A program made the position numbers and the translations under genes. Shown one piece after another: positions 21,327-35,800 of a stretch of 64,000 nucleotides of DNA. Numbering within the stretch: position 1 is the first letter of the stretch; every line of letters begins with the position of its first letter. The notes under the pieces were generated by a model. The model saw only the letters and a list, made by a program, of their open reading frames with translations, did no database searches and was not told the DNA's origin. The stretch is from assembly GCA_010909165.1 (NCBI GenBank), contig MU008153.1, positions 496,001 to 560,000 of the forward strand. The letters are read 5' to 3'. The DNA comes from Anthoceros angustus (lineage: Eukaryota > Plantae > Anthocerotophyta).

Positions 21327-21932
21327 CAACATGGTACGATACCGTGGGGCTGTCCCACAATACGCGCTGCCAGGAGACGTTATTTCATGTCCCTTGCGAC
21401 TTCAATGCCAGCAGCACACACCAGTGGGCTGCTCAGTCTAATCCTCCATATCAAATGCCCACGTGCATAGTACGTAGCAGGTTGTTAGCTCAACACAAGA
21501 AACGCTTGTTTGCATCAAGAGACATTCCACATGCACACTCATTTCAAGAGCACACCTCGCTGCTCGCAGGCCAGCCATTACATGTCACGGTTAGCAAAAG
21601 CATCATGAGAAACCAATGGGTAGTGCCCACCGTCCTGCATTGAATGCAGGACGGAACGTTCCGACCCGCCTGTGCTAATATCTACCCTTGTCATAACTGC
21701 TGACGGCTACCCAAATTCCATGTCGGGCAGGCTTCATTGCGGCGGGCCTGGATCAGAAGCGTGAGCGTCATTACGTACCCGCCGCCCGCCTGAACCCTGA
21801 AACCCAAAACCCAAGAGCTGTGAGGTGCGAGAGCAAAGCCATTCCGGTTCCAGCCCAGAGAGATCTGAGAGAATTTCTGGTTACAGCTCAGAGCAATTCT
21901 GGTTTCTAAGCTGAGACATCCTGGTTGCAGGC

Positions 21933-24367
21933 ATGGAGAATTTGGAGGAAACCATGAGGACTCTGCTGAGGATGGGGATGGCCGGTGGCTCTAATCGGCG
22001 TGGCCAGACAGACAGGGAGAGGATGCTTGCAGATTTCAGAGCTGCCAGGGAGTTCCGCAACAGGCCAGAGCATCGAAGCATGCACCAGGCGAAGTTTTCC
22101 GTGATGGATGATCCGCCTCCCCCGTCGAGAGCTTCGCTGTCCAGCCTCCGCCCCATCCTGATCAGGTAGCTTTGATGGGATGGTCTGGTTTCTTTGCATG
22201 CGAGCCTGGAGCTGGAGATTGTTTGCTTGATTGATTGATGGATGCATGCAAGCGATTGGGCTTGCTGTTGCTTGCGCGTGGTGCAGTGAGCTGACTGTGG
22301 GGACGAGGCACCGGGGGCGGGTGCTGTATGGCAAGCTGATCGAGGACGCGTTCCGGTTGGCTGCTGTGATGACCTTGATGGAGGACGAGACTGGCGAGGT
22401 CACCATTCTGACGGTGTATCATGCGCTCAAGTCGAATGCTCCTGAGCGGATGGTGGCCAAGCGGTTTCCCAAGGGGCGGAAGATTGCGGTGAAGGAACCG
22501 TATTTCAAGGTGGCCATGGATGGACGTCTGGCTGTGAGAGTGGATAATTCCGATGATTTTGTGCTCTTGGAAGAGGACGTTGTGCATGTGGCTCCGTCCG
22601 AAGGGCAGGGCAACCAGCCAAGTACGAGAGAGGGGGGAGATGGGCGTGCGAGCTCTAGTGGAGAGGGTGTGTTGAAATCGGTGGAGGAGCTGCGTGAGGA
22701 GGGAAGGACGTGTTTTAAAGCGGGGGAGTGGGGGAGGGCTGTTGAGGTGTATAGCAGGCTGGTTTCTGTGATAGAGGGGAGGGAGGAAGGGGATCGTGAG
22801 AGGTCGAGGGAGGACTATGTCATTGCCTACTCTAACAGGGCGGAGGCCTGGCTGCGGCTGGAGAAGTATGAGGAGGCTCTGGGAGATGCTGCCAAGGCTT
22901 TGGAGCGGGATGGTGGGCATGTGAAGAGCATTGCGAGGAAAGTGAGGGCTCTGTGTGCGTTGGAGATTTTCCATGAGGCGGTGCTGTTGTTGCAACAGGT
23001 GATGAGGGATGGAAGGGTGGATGGTGCCACTCGGACGGAGTTGCAGGGGCTGCTCAGAGGTGCAGAGGCTGGGGACAAGCAGAGCAGGTTGGGGAAGTAT
23101 GATCTCAACGAGTTTTATGTTGGTAGTGGGCAGTGGCTCCTCCGAAGTGCAGAGATTTTGTGGGGCCTGTAGGGATCAGGCTGGTCCAGCAAGGGATGGG
23201 TCGAAGAGGCGGGGCTTGTTTGTGACCAGTAGGGTGAAGCCCGGGATCTGCTTCTTGTGAGTAATCCGCTTGCTGTGGCAAAAGGCGGTGAGGAGCAGGC
23301 GGGGCTTTGTAAGAGGTATCAGGATGCCAGCTTGTGTCGTGATCGACGAGAACTTGATAACGGAGGTGACGGAAATTTGCAGGAGGTCCCTCGCCGTCTG
23401 AAGCAGTTGTACTCGCTCTACGATGGCACGGAAGGCTCCCAGGCTGAGGTGCCTCCTATGTCGTTGTTCTTGCCACCTGCAGATTCAAGCAAAGTGAAAC
23501 CGCAAAGTGCTCCTGAGGAAGTGGTGGATGTTGGCCGCATTCGGAGGATCAAGACCGTGAACGCCTTCTTGGGACCGGACCCTGGAGATGCTTTCACAAG
23601 CGAGTGGTCTCAGATGACTTCACCCGCAGGCTTGTGGGTGCTGCCTTCTTTCATCAACCACTCCTGTCTGCCCAACACTCACATCTCGTTTGTGGGATAT
23701 GCGATGTTCTTACGAGCCACCCACGACATCCAAAGAGGGAGGAGCTCACCATATCCTACGGCGACTTGGAACAGCCTTTGGAGGAACGGAGGGCGTTTCT
23801 CAAAGCCCATTCAGGATTCGAGTGCAGGTGCCCTAGGTGCACAATCGAGCAGGAACTTTTCAGAGCTTCCCAGCGTTGATCACACTCACACAGCTGTTTT
23901 CTGCCCTTCCACCCAAGGACGAGTCTTATGGTGAGGAGGCTACTAAGAGGCTATCCGCTGCAGGTGCCAGACTTGCTGAACGTTTGGAGCAAATCCTTGA
24001 TAAGTTGCCAGCAGGCGATGCCCACAAAAAGGACTGGGTCAGGCATTCGTATTTCAGGGTCTACATGTGCGTGGCCTCGGAGCATCTGAGGCGGACATTG
24101 AAGACTGATGAATGGGACAGTTGGGCGGACCATATGTACGCTCGGTTAAGCACGATGCTCCGTATCGAGCCCACAGAGGAACTCCTTGCACAAGCTAGCG
24201 GTGCTGTTCGTATTATGGAGGACAGGTGCGAAGAGTATCTATGGAAGTGGAAGGCTAAGTGGACTCGCCTGCTGAAGCAGATCTGCACCGCCATGTATGG
24301 GCCTATTAGCGAGGAGGCCAGGAAAGCTCTTGTTTACAGATACTCCCGGACGGCTCTTGCGCTCTAG
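21933..24367 (+). CDS. TPR plus SET domain protein (putative lysine methyltransferase), 2 exons (21933-22165, 22287-24367), frameshifted in this assembly
   Basis: A GT-AG intron at 22166-22286 joins PILI-S-ELTVGTRHRGRVL in frame. TPR helices (EELREEGRTCFKAGEWGRAVEVYSR, AYSNRAEAWLRLEKYEEALGDAAKAL). SET motifs RGLFVT..VKPGDLLLV and GLWVLPSFINHSCLPN..ATHDIQRGEELTISY, post-SET FECRCPRC. Stop TAG at 24365-24367. Confidence 0.88.
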
Positions 24368-24689
24368 TTTGTGCAAGAGTGTTTTGACTTGACCCAAATG
24401 TGGAAGAAGAGCGTACATCACCAGCTTAAGACCCATTTCCCATGTCCACCCAGCTGGGTTTGGACCCTAACGGCCGGTGGTTGGGTTTCCAACCTAAAGC
24501 TGTCTCTGGTTGGAACGACACATTTTGAGATGAACGATTTTGGTTCGGTTCATGACCAGGAACGGATATCCTTGTGAACTACTTCACACAGAATTTCCCA
24601 CTCCGATAGTTCGATCTTTGGGTTTGTCCGAATGGGCGAAGTAGTAATTGAAGAAAGGCTGTCTATGGGTTTGTCCGGATTGGCGATGT

Positions 24690-25237
24690 GGCTCAACAGG
24701 CTGCTCTTCTGTAAGACACCAGTGCTTGCACAGGCCTTCCAAATGCAAAGCAGAAGTAATATCAGCCGCTCCAGCCCCTCCTGCTCCAAAGACTGCATGC
24801 TACTAGAAGACAACGGTAAAAGTAACACCATCAGGGTCACTACCGACAACTAACATCCGCCCAATAACAGCTAGTGCTCTGTTATCGTATCACGAATACC
24901 ATACCCAGATATCAGGACATTCCGTGTCACCGCATCCTTTGTGGGCAAGCTGTCAAGAACCCGGCGTGAGGCTTCCAGTTTGTGCCACATTTTGACATAC
25001 ATGTCCACCAGGCAGTTGCCCACGACTATGTTATACAGCAGTCCTCCTTCAACAGTCTGAATGCTCCTGCCTGCCCTGCGTGCTTCATCCATTGCCCCCA
25101 CACTTTGCATAGATGTTCACCAGGCAGGTGCCAAGAAACAGGTTACGAGGAATGCCACTGCGCAACACATCAAAGTGCACCTGAAAGGAGTCTCAGGCAT
25201 ACATGCATATTCCCAGCACGCTCATAACATCTCTACC
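24690..25237 (-). pseudogene. PLS-class pentatricopeptide repeat (PPR) gene remnant
   Basis: Reverse-strand pieces LRSGIPRNLFLGTCLVNIYAKCG, VVGNCLVDMYVK..LEASRRVLDSLPTKDAVTRNVLISGY and MQSLEQEGLE..WKACASTGVLQK match plant PLS-PPR motifs. Stops and frameshifts are shared between units. Confidence 0.8.
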
Positions 25238-25599
25238 AGAAATCTGTAAAGCCAGGAGACGATTGGTACAGTTGGTACAGTCGTAGGACTCCTGCGGCCT
25301 CAGAAAGCTTCCCAAGCTGCCACCAGGTGCTCACAGGTACAGCCGTAACGACGCACATTTCCGACCCTGCACGTCTGCCACGTTCAAGCTTATCCTGAGA
25401 GCTGGACTTGGAAGGAAAGGCACCATGACCCATCTGCAAACCCACAAGCTTGAAGGGCTTGCCACAGTTTCAGCATAGTGCAAAATGTAGACAGAAATAG
25501 CAGAGTCTGTCTGCGCCAGAGATTCCAGGGCTCCAACGGCCTCAGAAAGCTTCTCATATTGACAGAACAAGCTCACGGTTCCCGATCCTGCACGCCTGC

Positions 25600-25875
25600 C
25601 AGGTTCAGGCTTATCCCGGTAGCTCGACACGAAAGGAGAGGCACCATGCCCCATCTGCACATCCAAGGAGACGAGCTGCTTGACCCAAGCTGGCTTAAAA
25701 CGATGTGTGACTGCTGACGCTGGATGTCAGGCGGACGGAACTCTTCGTGTCTCTTCTGACCCCAAAGATGCACAGGAATGTAAGAAAAATTATGTCTGGA
25801 TACATAGATCCACCGCACGTCGCCGGGATAGCTTGAATCCCGACCAGAGGGTTGATGATTTTGCGCTCTACCAAC
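25600..25875 (-). mobile_element. Same small tRNA-like element, unit 2
   Basis: Near-identical to 483-760. Confidence 0.5.
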
Positions 25876-25879
25876 AAGG

Positions 25880-26945
25880 ACAACAACTTTATTTATTCCA
25901 CTGATGATGGAAGTGCTCTGATTGAACACATATAGAGACAAAATATATACATCTAAACTAAAGAGACAAGACGGTGTAAGATGGAAAAAAGGGAAGGAAA
26001 GCTATAAGAGGCAAAACAATTGTAAAGAGTTCAACTAGGTCTGCGAAAATCAAAAAGCTCAGAGAGACATAGGCGTTGAGCTTCGTAATATGAAACGAGA
26101 AGAATCTACGCAAGGAAAACCAGCACACTTAAATAGAAGAGTGTATACAATGAGCCCGAATAGGAGCATAGACATGGCAATAGAAGAGGAAGTGTGATTT
26201 AGATTCGTGGTCAAGGGAGCGAGCTTGCAAATACGGGCAGCTTGGGGTGGTGTGGACTTAAGCCAACGGTTGGTCTCGATTCGGAGGTAGTGGGAGCTAA
26301 CACGGAATTAACCGATAAGAGTGCGGAGCTTGAAGGAGAGAGGGAATTGAGGTAACATGGTAGGTGGAACCTAGAGGGGATTGACACGAAACTCCTCCTA
26401 GTAGAAACGGAGTTTGGACATTAGGGAGGGGCAAATGAAAGGGGAACCAAGTGAGACGAAGATATCTTAATTTAAGGTCCCACGGATGAGGTGGTTGGGA
26501 GGAGATGAGAAAGGGAAGGGGAGAATGGGAGTTGGCCAAACCGGGAGTCTAAGGTGCAAATTTAAGCCGTTTAAGCCAAGCAAGCTTGGGAGAGCCAAGA
26601 AAAGAAGCTTGGGAATCAACATTGAGAAGCGAGAAGACCAGAGGCAAGGAGATGATAAGCGGCCGGGAGGGGGGAAGGGTTAACAATGTCAAGGAGGAGG
26701 AGGCGGTAAAGAAAACAAGAGAGGCAAAAGAGGCCATCAAGTTCAAGGGGTAAGGTAGAAAATTCGAGAAAGGAGGATAGGTAGGGTGGGCAACTTACAG
26801 GCAATGTGAGCACGGAGAAAGGAGCTTTGTACTTTTTCCACCTTAGCCCAAGAGGAAGAGGATGATGGTAATTGTGGGGTGAAAATAGGGTCACCCGACT
26901 TTTACGCATTTAGATATGGCCAAACAATGTGTTGAAGGGTAAACA
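25880..26945 (-). mobile_element. LINE 3' end, unit 2
   Basis: Copy of 767-1860. Confidence 0.8.
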
Positions 26946-27339
26946 ATACATCGTTTTCTATATACAAATTAAATGCACTTTTTACATTAAAATATTTAAA
27001 TTATATATAAAGAATGATATATAATAAGTACTAAGATTAAAAATAGGGCATCGAGTTATGTTGACACCTAGATTATGTCACAAATTAAATTATTATATTG
27101 TAGCCGCCAATGGTCATCCGTAGCGGCTCTAGCTCAATCGATAGTCAAAACATGGTAATTACCTTGAGGTTAATATGCACCATGGGGGTTTTCTGCCTTT
27201 TATTCGGCAATGAGGGTTTCAATGGGTCTCCATTTAGGGTTTTGAATCGTGTGGTCCAAAATGCCTCGAAATAGGGTGTTCATCTGCCGTGCACACAAAT
27301 TTCGTGTATCGATGTAGGAGGCAAAGGGTTTTGATAACC

Positions 27340-30300
27340 CCTCATACATCCATTTGGCTCCATTTCGGACCGGATGGGACACCGTTTGTCGGTGATGATG
27401 AAGACCGATGAGCAAAACCGCAACTCGCGAAAAACATGGTGCGCGGGTCCTTTTCCATTAAGTACAACTCTCGCCGTTAGTACAATGGTCGAGGGTCAAT
27501 GTCGGCCCTCGCTCGGAAAACACAATCTAATGCTCAAGCGGTGGCCGACCGGCCCTCTTCACTCCGTCCATGGACACCCTTTGACCGTGTGTGGCCCCCA
27601 TTGTACACGCGGAGAGAAATAGTGTTCCCCACTTTGGGGTGAACCGTAACATGCAAAGAAGTCATACATCGAGGCGTCGTGAGGGGGCCTATGGACATAC
27701 AAACAACGCTTGGTTTGGTTAACGCTTAAATGCGCTTGCACATGAACACCATCTTCCATCGATGTCTCGTCGTATGGATTTGTCGCTATGCTTAGGAAGG
27801 CTGGTTTCCTTTGTCTTTGTAATCGCATAATAATGACAACTTGGCGGAAGACGGTTTTCGTTAAGTGCGGTGGGAAAAATAGCCTTCCACGGACAATAAT
27901 TTGGAGAATCTATTGAAACTTATTGAGAGGAAGGGAAGAAAAACGTGTCCACATAAGACAAAACATCTTGGCGGATGTTCATGAACTCCAGTCGTCTTGA
28001 ATTGGTCATCATCGCAAGGCTCGCATCACCACCACTATCTTCACTATCTTCGGGCCACTTTGGCTGGTATATGAAGCCGCAATTCATTTAATTTTAGTCC
28101 GATCGCCTTCTTGTCCACAGATATAAATGTTTGCGAGCATTCAAGTTGAAACCATAATATATGATCGTTTGTTCACAAAACCTTTTATGCGTTTTGTGCA
28201 AATTAGCTTTCCTCCTTTTTCCTTTCCACACACGGGTCCCTTCATGTCGGATTATAAATTCTTCAACATACCTTCCTTCATACGCATGCTCGGTCATGTA
28301 CCAATGAACGACAAAGTGAGGATCCGTGCATCTAAGTGAACATCAATGACCCGCCAATCCAGCTGTTGATTCATCGGTGGTGGGGCGAACATGTCTTTCC
28401 TTATTTCCGAAATGTCACCATTCAACCGCATGCGTTCTTGTTCTTGTCTAACAACGGTTTGATATGCACCAAGGTACATATCCGTTGGGGAAGGTCCCCA
28501 GTAAAGCCTCCTCTAGCAACGCCTCATCGTGCACGTGAAGAACCTCTGTTTCTTCAACTCCGCGAAAACCACTTCCATGCGTCTTGGAGTGCGAGCCCTA
28601 TATTATTCTCCACAATATGATCTCCTCTTGGTCCACCCAAAATTCTTCCCACCATTTATATTCCTCTGCGGTGACATATGGTCTAAGCGCGAGAGGCCCT
28701 CCTTCAAGTGAGCCACACCTCGGTTGGGGATAACCGACGATGTGCCTTTCTTATCACGGCACGAAGGGATGTCACCCGTCGTTACGTGGATGGGACAAAC
28801 TTCAAAACTCCAAACCGCTTCCGCTTCCCATTGTGGCGATGTCGAATATTGTTTGCTTCTAATGCATCACAAGGCCACTCGAGTTTTTCTTCTCTTGTAA
28901 TTTTGAACTGCCGGAATGACAGGTTGTTCAATTTCGCACCGCAGCCTCCGTATGTGGCGTCCATCCCCACGTGTGCCAAACATAGGAGCGGAAGTCCTGG
29001 AACCTCCGTTAATACCTTCACCTCGTGTTGGAGTGTACGCCTCTTTCAAAATTGCCGCCAATGCGGGAGAGTATGAGCTTCGTGTTTCAAGCTCTTTGAA
29101 AACATGAAAACATTTGGTCAATTTGATCATGAGTATGTCCAACGAGAAGAAACCCCACCTTTACTTTCTCAAAAGTTCCCATATCCACTAACATGTTCGG
29201 ATATGCAAAGAAGTTGATTCTTGTTCTCCGACAAGTGTTGTCCAATTGCAAGTATAAAACCTTAATACTCCTCGTAGTTGTGTATCACATCCCGTATGTT
29301 GATAGTCAAATTGGCGTCATTTCTCAAATTTGCGTAATGCAAGAAGGCCCTCGCTTTTATAGTGTAGTTGAATCATACACCCAACTACGTGGGCGAGATG
29401 CGGGACTCCTCATCCAGTTCTTGACCTCAAAAGTGTGGTACCTCGGTTTTCTTCGTCCATCCCATCTATAGACGATATGTACTTATGCGGATCTGAACTT
29501 TTGCTCCCTGTGTTTGGCCATCTTCGTTCCTCGTGCGGGCGCACACGATGTTCGGTAGCGACTGATAACATTACAAAACAAGAACTTCAGAGTCGGTTTC
29601 AAAATCCATTCTTTGCAAACACTCTAGTCATGCCCTCTCATTTATCATTACACATATACTTCACATGAGGGCCGGATTTTGGTGTAGGTGGGAGCCAAGG
29701 TCGGTACTTATGGAGTTCCACCCAAGGGTTTCCGTAGCAGGACAGGGGCGCCGGCCACCCCTCACACTAACAAGGGTGGTGGCCGGCGCCACTGGGCTGT
29801 CATGACATTGGGTGGGGCCGGCCCTGTGGAGGAGGAGGAGGCGGGGAGGGGAGGGAGTAGTACAACTAACCATCCGGTCGGAACTGCCCCTCAGTGAAGC
29901 AGAGGGGCGGCTGCGGCGCCACTCTTGTGATATAAGGGGCGCCGGCCGACCAAACCTCCATCCAAGAAGGCGCCCAAACCTCCAAGCGACGGCACCGACC
30001 TAGGACCAAACGGCCACGACAAACCGGTGGTTCACACAAAAAGGTTAGAAAGGACATGCGGAGGAACAAGAGTGCCCGGTACCTTGATCGACCTTCATGT
30101 TGAGTTCCGTATAGTTGTCTTCAATCCTGCACAAAGCGAGCATGTCGAGAACCGGTTTGACTTTGGGATCTTCACTCTGTAGTTGCATTTCCATAGCTTT
30201 AAGAACCAGCGTAGGTGACATATCCGAGCCCGACCTTCGCACTCTCGTTTGTATAGCAACCATATTTCTAATTTTGTGTACGCGTCGGGAAGATTGAAAA

Positions 30301-31550
30301 CCTCCACATTTGGGAGCCTCTCACCATGTACATAAAAATCCATCCAAGCTATGGCCCCTAGCGCATGAGAGGCTGTATGGGGTTTGTTGAAACCATCCAC
30401 GGTGAGTTCAAGAACTCTAGCCTTCAACTCCTCATACCGGATGTGTCCCACACAATAAACCCTTCCGAAAGCCTTGAGACAACATCGTCGGAACACTCCC
30501 ATAACATGAGTGACAACTTTTCCTTTATCATTGGTCCCTGTCGCGATGGACTAGAGGCGAAGGAATGTCTCACCTCTTATGCACATTCTTATGAATCTAT
30601 ACCGCCTCACAAATCTTTCTTTCGTCAATTTCGCACACATCCGATTGCAACAAGGTTTCCTAGTCAGTCCGACAATGTCCACTTCACTCTTCCTCAACGA
30701 CCGCCCGTCTTGACGACATACGCGAGAGTCCTTTGGCGTCTGCAATGTCTCGCTCAAAGGTTTCGGGTGAAACGATCTTTGCACATCATCCTCCGGAGGT
30801 GATTGGAAGTCTCGCTTCTGGTGGGACCTCTATCGGACGACCGTCTAGCTCCTCGGGACCAGGTATGTTCTGCCTACCCATACCCATCGCCATGAACAAG
30901 CCACGGCGGGCAATCATGCGAACATCAGGCGTCCCTTCAACCCCAACTCTCCTCGCTGGAGGGCTGCCGTCTATGGCTGCATACAAGTTCAGATTTCTTG
31001 GCGTCATCGGAACACCATGCGGCATACTTGGCGAAGACAATTCCGACGTCTTTCCCGCACAAGTGACATCCACTCGACTTCCCACAATGTGCTATAACGG
31101 ACTCTTCACAAGCCCCTTAACACACTAACCTTGCGGAGGATGGCGAGGCAGGTGGCGGAGGGTTCAAAAGATCAAGCCTCCTCGCCCTTTTAAGTCCTCT
31201 GAGGCCTCAAGTATCGGGAGGTTCTTCTACATAAGCCGATGCCTGCGTGCAAATGTGCATTTGCCGGGTTAAGTGATAGCACAAATGAATCGAACATGAC
31301 ACGGTGTGCACTTTCCACTCCCTCCATATCTGTGTGTCGCGCAACATTGCGGTAGTCGTCGACAAGTCCGCTTGGTAGACTCCTTGCAAACAAATGGTTG
31401 GTAAGTGTGGTTTGCGTCGGCCTTAGTACCCACGCCTACGCCGCGACTTCATTGCACATAACGGCGAGGAAATCCAATGAGGCGGAGGCGGATATCGTCC
31501 GCCACGGATAAGAATAAACGACCGCCGCCGCGATGGATAAGTCACGGTCA
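27340..31550 (-). CDS. DDE-type transposase, unit 2 (frameshifted; ends approximate)
   Basis: ORF 30095..30502 contains WFLKLWKCNYRVKIPKSNRFSTCSLCAGLK. DGMDE at ~29451-29465. GHTHDQIDQMFS at ~29105-29140. Confidence 0.75.
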
Positions 31551-31669
31551 TAAATACATGCATAGGAGAATAAGGTCCACTTAACTACCACCTTTCACAC
31601 GACATCGGGGTTTCTAACTTTGGTTAACGTGGTGAGCGGTAACCTAATCTGGTCCAGGTTAAGAGTCCC

Positions 31670-34600
31670 TTTTGGTAGCGGTGTTCCACTTACTTTGTTC
31701 AAGCGCACTCGTAACTCCACATGAGAGGCCTCCATCGGTGTGTGGCGGGTGTGTGAAGGAGGGACCTACGGTGTGCGCCTTTGCAAAGAGCGTGTTCCGT
31801 GTCAACGGTGCACAAGGCATCCCTGTCGGCGAGAACTCCACAATTTCCATTCAAGCCCAATTTGTGAGTGATGCAACTTTGTTTTCGTAGCTCAATTCGG
31901 GCGGGCTGTGCGGTGAGCGATGGCAAGCGGACGGCAAGAAGGATTTGGCGGATCGGCGCGCCGGTGACCTCCTCCCAAGCAAGAAATCCAGGCGAGTAGG
32001 CGGCGGCTAGTGCGGCCGCGAGGACTTGGGAAGGCGACCATCGCGTGATGCGGGAGGTGGTGAGCAAGCCAAGGGTGGGCATCGGGCAGCGAAATCCTGG
32101 CAGCGTCTGCGAGGCCGGCTCGGTGGAAAGAGGGGGCTGGAGTGAGAAGTCACAAAAGCCTCGAGCGGCTGTGCAGGCGCGATTCCTTCGCCCTTCACCT
32201 ACGAGGGAGGCTGATCATTCGTCGAATGCTCGGATGGATCCTGTCAATGCTTGAGAAAGATTGGATGGTGACAGGATGCGAGCCGAGGAGGATGAGAACG
32301 TTTGGACTCCACTATTGAAATTGTGGATCATGGGTTATGAGGGAGCATTGCCTAACCAAAGAGCGAGGGCGGATGGGTAGTATGGGCGACCACGGACATG
32401 GACGAGAAGAACCGGTGTTCACGTTGTTTTGCACAACAAGGCCTCGGAGTTTGACGCGATTCAAGACCCTCAAATGTATAGGGCGTATGAGCTCGTCCTT
32501 GGGTTTCAGCTAAGAAATGTGGTCCTCCGAGCTTGTCGAGGTATTTGAGCAATGCGGCAAGTGTAACCAGATATGCCATGGACATGTAATTTTGTTTTGT
32601 TGGTTTGTGTGTCACGATGTGCTTTCTCCTCGATTTGCATCATGTTTCTTCACCCAGTGGAAGAGCTCTTATCGTTGTGTGGAAAGGTGTCGATCTTGTT
32701 GCAGTAGCGTATTGTCTATGAGGCGAGAAGCGGAGAGAAGGATGATCACGAATGGCAGTGCAAGATGCGAGATAGTGAACTGGGACCATCGACGAGGATG
32801 ATGGCCCGATCCATGTGGGTCATTCAGATGGAGAAGGTCAGCGACCAAGATGAGGATAGGGATGCGGAGGACATCATGAACTTTGCGAGACCTTGTTTCC
32901 TATCGATGCGGATGACAATCGAGGGCGCCGGCCGGACTGATGGGGAAGACTGATGACCCCAAACCGGTTTGTCCGATTTCCGTTGGGGAGATGGACTAGG
33001 CGCCGTGGCGCCCTGGTGCCCATTCCGCACTCTCAAGAAGGAGGAGGCGGCCGCCGTGAGGAAAAGAGGAGCCAGGCGTGATGTGGTGGAGCGAGGTGGG
33101 AAGCGGAAGAGAACACCACGGATGTCTCTCTGCCGGTGACGGACGGCGATGGCGATGTGGCGGCGGTAGTGGGAAGAAGAAGTCGAAGAGATGGAGGAAA
33201 AGGGGACCATCCAGGAAAACATTGCCACTGCTCATGTTCTGCAGACGAAAGGCTGGAGGATGCTATCGAGATGCACTTTGACACAAGGGACTCTTTTACT
33301 CCAAGAAGGTGGTTCGAAGCAGTATTAGTGAAGTGGAGAATTTGAAACCAAAGATCCCATATTACACCGATGCGTGAGATAAGGAGAGTGGACGAGGCAT
33401 GGGCAAATTATTTGGCTCGTGTAATATCGAAGGGAAGGATTGAGGAGGGCGTGTTGCCTCTCCTTTGCATGATCGACCCAACAGTGTGACAACCTCAAGT
33501 TGGATGGAAAAGGTTCGGGCGAAGAAATATGTTATGGGCGTTCTTGGTGGGAACCATACCTTTGCGCCATGAAACATTTGGCGATATATCTCGAGGAAAA
33601 CACGCTTCCAATATGTGGAAGCTCATGTGTATTGTGGGTCGACGGTGGCGGAAATGCAGTACAGCAGACCACAATGTCGATGTCGGACAAAGGAAGAAGA
33701 TGTCCTTCATTGCAGGCGGTCTTGAGGGACGAACTACTTGTGCGCGAGATGATGTCCAGATGACCATGAATTGGAAATTCAACCTATACCGTGTATTGGG
33801 CTTGATTGAGGACGGAGGTCGGAAGACGATGTTTACAAGCGAATAAGGTGGACAATCGGACCCACATCTTATGCATTGCAACAGAGGGGAAGGTTTGGGA
33901 CAACGTGGATCGAATATTTTCAAAATGGGAGGCTGGAGAATTGCGGAGCGGAAAAACATGTTCGCAACAAGTAAGAAGGGCAAAGGCAAACGGAAGGTAC
34001 AAGAGGAGGCTCGAGTTGTTGACACTTTACGTGAAGTCAAGGATATGCTAGCAAAGCCGTGGAAATCGTTCAAGGATTCCAATGGAGAGTGCGGTCGTGG
34101 ATACTCATCATACGGAAGGTGTTGCAGTGCTCGACCTAAAAGGTATGGATGAGGAGATTACCTTGGAAGAAGTTTCATGTTATACAAGTGGCTATGGTAA
34201 AACACTTGGGCTGCTCATCATTCAAGAGGTTAGGTGGAATATCCTTTGCATTCGATCGAAAATGATAGCTCGGTTCAGACGGCATTTGGGAAGGTGTGCC
34301 ATACTACCCATCGTTTTCTAATTCTCTCATATGCTGCATACAAACCCTAACGTTCTTGCGGTGGCCGAGGCCACTTCCACATGTGATGTGGGGACCGTTG
34401 CCGGCGCCGGCCGGGCCATCTATCCACTCCATAGGCGAGGGCTTGAGGCGCGGCCGGCGGCGCCACCTGAGATCTACGGGTGCATAATGTTTCCATCGCC
34501 TTGTGCACTTACTCGTTTTGCCCAAATTGAAGGATATAGACAACTTGCGAGAAAATGCCGGAGGACTTTAAGAATTTCATTTTCGAGATCAATAATTGGA

Positions 34601-35800
34601 AGAGTTTGGAAGACGAGCAGCGTGGTATACAGATCTTCATGAAGGGCTGCACATTTTCTGTTCTGTGGTGAAGGAGGTTCATTACCAAGTGGAGGCGAGA
34701 TATTTTTAGATGCGGGGCTACCTTGGTGAGGAGGTACACCACATTAGTCATGGATGTGCCCGGAGGCTTTGATATTGGGCCTATGGACAAACGGATGGAT
34801 GCCACTATGTTGAGTAGTTTTCAACAGTTTTCATGAGAAAACTGGCGAAGACTTCGCATGATTGTCATGCATGGAGTGGAGGAAGCCCACGATGCAGGAA
34901 TCGATGCGGTGGTGTAAGAAGGGTGGCTGGTGTCTTTCGTGTGGGATAAAACTAACATGAGCAATGATAGGGGCGGTTGAAACATGGAGTATGTGACCGG
35001 ATGGGGCTTGAAGATGGGTGTTCAAAGGATCGAGCTCCGATGCAGATGCCATGCATGGCACTTTTAACAATGGGAGGTCCGTCATACATGACCTGGTAAA
35101 AAGCGGTGTACTTGTCCCATGACAAGTTGGTGGTATGCCCATACCAAAGGCCTCTTGGGCTGATGATGAAATTGATCAAGACCTTCTCAAAAGAAGGAGG
35201 CGGGTGGTGGACGCATGCTCGGAGTGGCACAACGGATAGCGGCCTTGCTGCATGGAAGCGCCGCCATCGAGCGGACTTACGGTGTCTTTGGATACATCCC
35301 CAGCGCATCCACGGATCAGGTTCTCCGGATCTGAAGAAGAGCTTACCTTGAGCCCCATCGCAGGCCCTTCGATTACAGGCAAAGGAGGTTTGTATAAGTG
35401 AAAAGGATTGTTCAAAGGCCCAAGTTGTTTCTTTGAGTGCGGAGGATGAAGACCGAGCAGGCGGTGTTGGAGGAAGGACGATAACGCTGGATACCATATG
35501 GCAACCTCCCACGTCGTCGGCGTCCAAGCGGAGGTTAACAACGGCGACAACGCTTTGGGTGAGAATAGCGGTTTGTGAAGAAGAGCTGGGCGTATACGAA
35601 ACCTAGCGTAGTTTTAGATTCCTTACATTCAGGCCCGATTGAGACCAGAATAGCCCGCAGTAACGGATCCAATGTATTAGGATTCAGGACATAAACTTCA
35701 TTATGCCATGTGTCTATCGGTGCCATTTTGCGAAGTGCACATTTAAAACGTCCTCTTCCATCATGGCTTCATGTGCGCGCCAAGCCAGCACCTGTGTCGT
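31670..35800 (+). CDS. ParB-like plus amino-MTase fusion, unit 2 (frameshifted)
   Basis: GGNHT at 33546. YTTLVMDVPGGF at 34735-34770. VWDK at ~34938. ORF 35106..35351 reads CPYQRPLGLMMKLIKTFSKEGG...SGTT. Confidence 0.72.

Larger units (their letters stand above)
1..25117. repeat. ~25.1 kb tandem segmental repeat, unit 1 (boundary set by window start)
   Basis: The window start caccaggcaggtgccaagaa recurs at 25118 and 50598. ORF-track peptides recur at offset 25117 (116..328 vs 25233..25445; 214..549 vs 25331..25666). Confidence 0.95.

Noticed and set aside
22162-22995. 277-aa minus-strand ORF (and 47914..48477)
   Set aside because: Antisense shadow of the TPR-SET coding exon with no recognisable motifs.
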